From NCBI GenBank assembly GCA_934167305.1, contig CAKPKQ010000002.1, positions 26,791 to 90,790 on the forward strand: 64,000 nucleotides of DNA, given 5' to 3'. This stretch comes from an uncultured Clostridia bacterium. GTDB taxonomy: Bacteria > Bacillota > Clostridia > TANB77 > CAG-508. The number at the start of each line of letters is the position of its first letter. Positions within the stretch are counted from its first letter, which is position 1. The translations under genes were made by a program, and so were the position numbers. Below the pieces are notes generated by a model. The model ran no database searches and was not told the origin of the DNA. It saw only the letters and a list, made by a program, of their open reading frames with translations. Shown one piece after another: positions 58,892 through 64,000 of this stretch.

Positions 58892-59288
58892 TTAATTGTT
58901 TTTATTATGTCCTTTTTTGCTTTTTATATACGTCTTATACCAAGAATATAATTCATATACTGCAATAACTAATAAAAAGATTCCAAATAGCTTTCTTAAT
59001 AGCTTTACATTCATTGTACTACTCAAACTTGCACTTAATATTGTTCCTACAATTCCCGATATTACAACAATCCATGATTCTTTTAAATTTATATTTTTAT
59101 TTTTTATTCCTATTGTAATTGATGCAATTGCTGTCGGAACAAAAAAAACTAAATTAGTGGATTGTGAAATATGTTGATTCAAATTCATAAAATTGGAAAG
59201 GAGAAGAATTAAAACAGTTCCTCCTCCCATACCTATACCGACTAAAAATTCCAGAAACAAAACCTATTAGTATTTCAAACACATTCAC
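58892..59288 (-). pseudogene. TauE/SafE-family 4-TM half protein (second half), apparent frameshift in a homopolymer near the 5' end
   Basis: A GTG at 59288 (AAGGA RBS) opens MNVFEILIGFVSGIF, then the frame changes at the A5/T5 run at 59244-59248 into ...VGIGMGGGTVLILLL. Removing one base gives the family motif GFVSGILVGIGMGGG. Confidence 0.6.
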
Positions 59289-59299
59289 ATATCCTTACC

Positions 59300-59653
59300 T
59301 TAAAACAATATATTATAACTAGCATATAATAGAAAAATTACAAAAATTAATTTCAAATATTTATCTGATACTTTATTTAAAAGTTTAGCACCAGTAAATC
59401 CTCCTATTATTCCTCCAATTGCACAATATATTCCAATTTTCCAATTTATTAAATTATTTTTTGAATAAAAAATCGCAGTTGTTATTACCATTGGCAATAC
59501 ACAAAAAATTGATGTTGCCCTAGCCTTTTTGGGCTCCATCTTTAGTATATACATAAATGCTGGAACTAGTATTAAGCCACCTCCTGCAGTAAAAAGCCCA
59601 CTAATTATTCCTGCCATAAAACCTGTTAATATTTTTTTCATATTCTTTTTCAT
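59300..59653 (-). CDS. TauE/SafE-family 4-TM half protein (first half)
   Basis: ILTGFMAGIISGLFTAGGGLILVPAF... At 117 aa it is half the usual family length. Confidence 0.7.
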   Translation of the reverse strand: MKKNMKKILTGFMAGIISGLFTAGGGLILVPAFMYILKMEPKKARATSIFCVLPMVITTAIFYSKNNLINWKIGIYCAIGGIIGGFTGAKLLNKVSDKYLKLIFVIFLLYASYNILF

Positions 59654-59695
59654 TTATACTAGTATGTATTTTTTTATGTATAATTATTCATTTTA

Positions 59696-59926
59696 TTAAA
59701 TCAATTCTTGTTTTGACTTTTGAATTTCTTTTTCTGCAATTTCTGTTAATGCTAAATCACATTTCAACATTTGAACTATAATATGTTTTTTTAAACCTTC
59801 ATCTTTTATTCTATCTGTTGCATCTAAAAATTCTTGTAAACTATTTAAATATCTTTTATTTTTTTCTTTCCATTCTCTATTATTTTCTGTTTGTTTATTT
59901 TTAGTAAAAATATCTTTAAAATTCAT
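59696..59926 (-). CDS. Hypothetical small protein (76 aa)
   Basis: GAGGTG RBS before the ATG at 59926 (MNFKDIFTKNKQ...). The longer ORF-track start lacks an RBS. Confidence 0.45.
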   Translation of the reverse strand: MNFKDIFTKNKQTENNREWKEKNKRYLNSLQEFLDATDRIKDEGLKKHIIVQMLKCDLALTEIAEKEIQKSKQELI

Positions 59927-60093
59927 ACAGTACACCTCTTTCGCATTTGTTACTTTAAGATAAGTTTTAATTACTTTTATCGTTATGTTGCTTGTATAAT
60001 ATGTAATTTTAGTATATCTCATGGTAAAATACAAGTGATCGACAAAATGTGACAAAGTTTGTTATTAAACTACAATAGAAAGGTTTGAATTAC

Positions 60094-60309
60094 ATGATTA
60101 AAATTAAACTATCTGATTTACTTGGAAAACATAAAATGACTCAGAAATCATTAGCAGACGCTGCCCATATCAGACCTGCTACAATTTCAAAGATGTATTA
60201 TGAAGAAACTAAAAGAATTGATATCCAACAATTAAATAATATTTGTAAAGTATTTAATTGTGAGATTTCTGATCTATTAGAATATATACCAGATTCCAAA
60301 GACAAATAG
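60094..60309 (+). CDS. Small Cro/C1-type HTH transcriptional regulator
   Basis: MIKIKLSDLLGKHKMTQKSLADAAHIRPATISKMY...ISDLLEY is a YozG/HTH_26-like pattern. Confidence 0.8.
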   Translation: MIKIKLSDLLGKHKMTQKSLADAAHIRPATISKMYYEETKRIDIQQLNNICKVFNCEISDLLEYIPDSKDK

Positions 60310-60368
60310 TTATTAATTTATTTTTACTAATAGGTTTAATTTATTATAACAAAAAATACTAGCTTTTA

Positions 60369-61502
60369 CTAGTATTTTTTTATTGTTTCAACTATGCTCT
60401 CTACCAAATATTCTACATCCTGTTCAGTATTATTTTTTCCAAAAGTTATTCTTAATGTTCCCTCAGCCTGTTCTCTAGGTAAACCTATGGCTGTTAATAC
60501 ATGTGATGGGGCCACACTACCTGTACTACATGCAGAACCGGCTGATGCACATATTCCTTTTTCATCTAAATCTAGTAAAAGGTGTTGTGCATTTACATTA
60601 TTAAATGAAAAATTTGCATTTCCAGGAAGCCTTTTATATCTATCACCATTTAATTTTGCCGTTGGGATTTTTTCTTGTATTTTCTGTATATATAAATCTC
60701 TTAGATTTTGTAAATGTCTATTATATTCATCATAATTAAAATAAATATCTTCTATTGCTTTACCTAAGCCAACTATTTCAGCAACATTTTCAGTCCCCGC
60801 TCTTTTATCATGTTCTTGATGTCCTCCATCTTGAATCTTTTCAAATTGTATTCCATCTCTTACATATAATGCCCCTAGCCCTTTTGGAGCATAAAATTTA
60901 TGTCCAGACATTGATAAACTATCAATGTTTAATGCTTTTACATCTATCCTTATATTTCCAATAGCTTGAACTGCATCTGTATGAAATATTATATTATTTT
61001 CTTTAGCTATTTTTCCTATTTTTTCAATTGGCTCAATAGTTCCAATTTCATTATTTGCAGTCATAATTGAAATTAAAATTGTATCTTTACTTATTGCATT
61101 TACTAGCTGACTTAAATCTATAAATCCATTTTCATCTACATTCAAATATGTTACTCTAAATCCCTGATTTTCTAGTGTCTTGCACGAATTAATTACTGCA
61201 TGATGTTCTATTTTACTTGTAATTATATGATTTCCTTTACTTTTATTTGCATATGCTATTCCTTTTATAGCTAAATTATCACTTTCACTTCCACATGAAG
61301 TAAAATAAATTTCATTTTGATTGGCATTAATAGCATTTGCGACTCTTTTTCTTGCATTTTCTATTGCTCTTTTTGACTCTCTTCCAATTGCATACATTGC
61401 TGATGCATTTCCATATTTAAGCTCAAAATATGGAAACATTTCTTGTAATACTTCTTTGCTAACAGGTGTTGTAGCTGCATGGTCAAAATATAGAGTTCTC
61501 AT
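60369..61502 (-). CDS. nifS: Cysteine desulfurase (NifS/IscS type)
   Basis: Class V aminotransferase with the PLP lysine in SMSGHKFYAPKG and the catalytic Cys in ASAGSACSTG. Confidence 0.9.
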   Translation of the reverse strand: MRTLYFDHAATTPVSKEVLQEMFPYFELKYGNASAMYAIGRESKRAIENARKRVANAINANQNEIYFTSCGSESDNLAIKGIAYANKSKGNHIITSKIEHHAVINSCKTLENQGFRVTYLNVDENGFIDLSQLVNAISKDTILISIMTANNEIGTIEPIEKIGKIAKENNIIFHTDAVQAIGNIRIDVKALNIDSLSMSGHKFYAPKGLGALYVRDGIQFEKIQDGGHQEHDKRAGTENVAEIVGLGKAIEDIYFNYDEYNRHLQNLRDLYIQKIQEKIPTAKLNGDRYKRLPGNANFSFNNVNAQHLLLDLDEKGICASAGSACSTGSVAPSHVLTAIGLPREQAEGTLRITFGKNNTEQDVEYLVESIVETIKKY

Positions 61503-61559
61503 ATTTTTCCTCTTTTCTTTAATATGAATTCTATATTATTATATGCATAATTTACTATT

Positions 61560-61913
61560 TTATTTACTATTTTTTATAGTATTTTGTTCACTCCACCTTG
61601 TAACTCTTACATTTTGATATGCTTGTAATACTTCTGAGTATTTTCTATATTCATCCTCCCATACTATTGATGGAATTTTATCATATGCTTCAAAAACTTT
61701 TTCCGCTTCTGCCAAAAAAATCACTTGCTCCTGTGGGCTCATAAGCTTATATCTTTTAGAAAATTTATATAACTGATCCAACATTTGGTTTGCCTGAATA
61801 AAACCCCAAAAGTCTTTTACTTTTATACCAGCCATTCTAATTTGCAAAACAGCTGTTGCAATTAATGCAAATACTATAAATATTAGTAAGTATATTAATG
61901 TCATTATTTCCAT
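61560..61913 (-). CDS. Hypothetical membrane-anchored protein
   Basis: One N-terminal TM helix (LIYLLIFIVFALIATAVL). No family recognised. Confidence 0.45.
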   Translation of the reverse strand: MEIMTLIYLLIFIVFALIATAVLQIRMAGIKVKDFWGFIQANQMLDQLYKFSKRYKLMSPQEQVIFLAEAEKVFEAYDKIPSIVWEDEYRKYSEVLQAYQNVRVTRWSEQNTIKNSK

Positions 61914-62073
61914 TTTCGTTTTCCTTTTTTTATGATTTTTTTTATTGTATCATTATTTATTTTTTTGTGCAATATTATTAATATAATTACTTTTTTAAGA
62001 TTTTTTTGTTTAATTAATAATTTGTATGATATAATAAATTTCAAATACTCAAAATTTGAAGGATGATATAATT

Positions 62074-62931
62074 ATGGATCGTTTTAAAGAAACCAAAAAA
62101 GCTGGATTATTTGGAATAATCGGCAATATATTTTTATTAATAATTAAAGGTACTGTTGGTTTTGTTTTTAAAAGCCAAGCTATGATTGCAGATGCTGCCA
62201 ATAGTGCAGGTGATATTTTTGCCTCACTTATGACTTTTATTGGTAACAAAATTGCAAGTGCTCCTGAAGATTCTGACCATAACTTTGGTCATGGAAAAGC
62301 AGAATATTTATTCTCTATGTTTATTGCAATTTCTATGATTGTAATTGCATTTAAACTTTTATATGATTCTGTTTACACTTTAATTAATGGTAGCAATTTA
62401 GTATTTTCTTGGCTTTTAGTTACTGTTTGTTTAGCTACAATTATTGTAAAACTTTCACTTTATTTATATACTTCAAGATTAGCTAAAAAGTACAATAATA
62501 TTTTACTAGAAGCAAATAAAAAAGACCATTTTAATGACTGTATTGTAACAAGCCTTACTCTTGCCTCTATTTTATTTACTCTTATAAATATTTATTGGTT
62601 TGATAGTGTTGTAGGTATTATTATATCAATTTGGATTTGTATTACAGGATTTAAAATTTTTATGGAAAGCTATAATATTTTGATGGACAAATCAATAGAT
62701 CCAAAAACTGAAGAAATAATCATAGATATAGCTCACAATTATAAAGAAATACAAAAATTAGATACAATATCTTCCACACCTGTCGGTTATAAATATATTG
62801 TAGTTTTGACTATATGTGTTGACGGAAATATGTCTACCTTTGACAGTCACAAATTAGCTGATAGATTTGAAAAAGATGTAAATGAATTAGATGATGTTTA
62901 TAAAGCAATTGTACATGTAAATCCAGTTTAA
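62074..62931 (+). CDS. Cation diffusion facilitator family transporter
   Basis: Six-TM cation_efflux pattern (GLFGIIGNIFLLIIK, ADAANSAGD, FGHGKAEY) plus the C-terminal cytoplasmic domain. ATG at 62074 after GAAGGA. Confidence 0.85.
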   Translation: MDRFKETKKAGLFGIIGNIFLLIIKGTVGFVFKSQAMIADAANSAGDIFASLMTFIGNKIASAPEDSDHNFGHGKAEYLFSMFIAISMIVIAFKLLYDSVYTLINGSNLVFSWLLVTVCLATIIVKLSLYLYTSRLAKKYNNILLEANKKDHFNDCIVTSLTLASILFTLINIYWFDSVVGIIISIWICITGFKIFMESYNILMDKSIDPKTEEIIIDIAHNYKEIQKLDTISSTPVGYKYIVVLTICVDGNMSTFDSHKLADRFEKDVNELDDVYKAIVHVNPV

Positions 62932-62946
62932 ATTATTTTAACTAAA

Positions 62947-62977
62947 GAAGCCGAGCAAATTGCTCGGCTCCTTTTTT
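62947..62977. terminator. Bidirectional intrinsic terminator
   Basis: GAAGCCGAGCaaattGCTCGGCTCC followed by T6 on the plus strand and an A/T run on the other side. Confidence 0.8.
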
Positions 62978-63289
62978 ATGGAGGTGGGGTAAGGAGGGTA
63001 AAATCTGGAATATTAACATGCCATTATGATTTTGTGTGGAATTGTAAAATTGCTACGTGAATCCACTAAAATATTTTTTCCGGTTCATTTTTAGATCTCC
63101 TTTGGGCGATAAACCGCCCTAAATATTTTTAGTTTTTTGGAAGCAAATTTTATACACTAGTAGTACCCTGATGGATACCGATAACGCATAATCCTCTTTT
63201 TCCTTTCTCTGACGGTATACATTGTCAGACCTCAAACTTTTCCTACTCTTCCATATATATAAGCATCCCTATTGGGAAACTACACTAAG

Positions 63290-63318
63290 ATTATAGCACT
63301 AATTATTATTGTTGTCAA
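63290..63318 (-). promoter_or_regulatory. Consensus sigma-A promoter with no annotated gene downstream
   Basis: Minus strand: TTGACA (63318-63313), 17 nt, TATAAT (63295-63290). Downstream there are about 330 nt to the terminator at 62947-62977 with no long ORF. Confidence 0.5.
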
Positions 63319-63435
63319 TTATTTACGTAAACTATTTTTATTATGTACTTTATATATGGAGCATACTGTACTCCGCTACGAATAATGATTAACATAAAAG
63401 TAAACTCCAACTAGCGCTGGAATTTACTTTTATTT

Positions 63436-64000
63436 TTAGCTTATTACAATTTTGTCATCATCTGTTTTAATAACTGCCTTTTTATTTGGTTTAATATTTC
63501 CGTCTAAAATTTCTTCTGCAATTTTATCTTCTAATATATTTTGTATTGCTCTTTTTAGTGGTCTTGCACCATAGTTAGTATCAACACCTTTTTTAGCAAT
63601 TAACTCTTTTACACTATTATCAATTTCCAATTCATAGCCTTTTTCTGCCATTCTTTTTGTTACTTGATTTAGCATAATATCAATTATTTGTTTAATATCT
63701 TCATCATTTAATTTATGGAATACAATTATTTCATCTATACGGTTAATAAATTCTGGTCTAAATTGTTTTTTTAATTCTCCCATAACATCTTTTTTAATTG
63801 TTTCATATTCTTTTTGGCTTTCATCTTTTTTGTCTTTTGCTGAAAATCCTAAAGTAGTTTTATCTGTAATTAGTCTTGCACCAATGTTAGATGTCATTAT
63901 TATAACTGTATTTTTAAAGTTAACTGTCCTTCCTTGAGCATCAGTTAATCTACCATCATCAAGAATTTGAAGTAACATATTCATTACATCTGGGTGAGCT
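63436..64000 (-). CDS. clpC: Clp/Hsp100 AAA+ ATPase, C-terminal part (ClpC-like; 5' end off-window)
   Basis: LLQILDDGRLTDAQGRTVNFKNTVIIMTSNIGA, RPEFINRIDEIIVFHKL and GARPLKRAIQ are the D2 small-domain signature. The reading frame is open to the window edge. Confidence 0.85.
   Translation of the reverse strand, partial: AHPDVMNMLLQILDDGRLTDAQGRTVNFKNTVIIMTSNIGARLITDKTTLGFSAKDKKDESQKEYETIKKDVMGELKKQFRPEFINRIDEIIVFHKLNDEDIKQIIDIMLNQVTKRMAEKGYELEIDNSVKELIAKKGVDTNYGARPLKRAIQNILEDKIAEEILDGNIKPNKKAVIKTDDDKIVIS

Noticed and set aside
62978-63290. Known structured RNA (tmRNA, RNase P RNA, SRP RNA, T-box or a common riboswitch) in the gap between the CDF gene and clpC
   Set aside because: I looked for hallmark strings on both strands: GGGG...UUCGA...CCACCA ends, GAGGAAAGUCC, the T-box GGGTGGTACCGCG, the B12 box, and the yybP-ykoY core. 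Only a weak GGAAGAGTAG resemblance to the yybP-ykoY 5' motif was found, which is not enough. The locus is kept as an unassigned candidate.

Overview
This is a very AT-rich window from a spore-forming Firmicute (Clostridia-like). Most of it is conserved housekeeping and sporulation genes in familiar syntenic blocks: dnaG-sigA, infC-rpmI-rplT, rplM-rpsI, yabG-veg, spoVAC/AD/AE, spoIIID, pflB-pflA, a znu-like metal ABC operon, rpe-rsgA-prkC-stp-rlmN, murT-gatD, aspS, proS-scpB, murI, nifS and clpC. The left edge carries the 3' end of a tyrosine integrase abutting a tRNA(CAT) gene, followed by a truncated tRNA copy.

Several things are not ordinary:
- **Pilin-like surface proteins.** An accessory cluster at 17.5-22.3 kb holds four tandem paralogs that share a prepilin-like N-terminal module (M-x-x-Q-K-G-ITLIAL...). 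Two of them end in an FGE-sulfatase/C-type-lectin-fold domain. A fifth family member at 8.7-9.7 kb ends in a Hint/bacterial-intein-like domain and is bracketed by an identical 25-nt terminator repeat.
- **Nested-palindrome repeat.** A dispersed repeat family I do not recognise, up to 138 bp long, sits at five intergenic sites, usually tight against stop codons.
- **Candidate noncoding loci.** One is a structured element of about 210 nt between rsgA and rpe. The other is a consensus sigma-A promoter driving about 330 nt with no long ORF, between the CDF gene and clpC.
- **Degenerate GatD.** The GatD partner of MurT appears to lack its catalytic Cys and His.
- **Frameshifts.** yabG and a TauE half-gene each carry an apparent frameshift.

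No CRISPR array, rRNA, reverse transcriptase or transposase was seen. All calls come from reading the sequence and ORF translations, with no database search.
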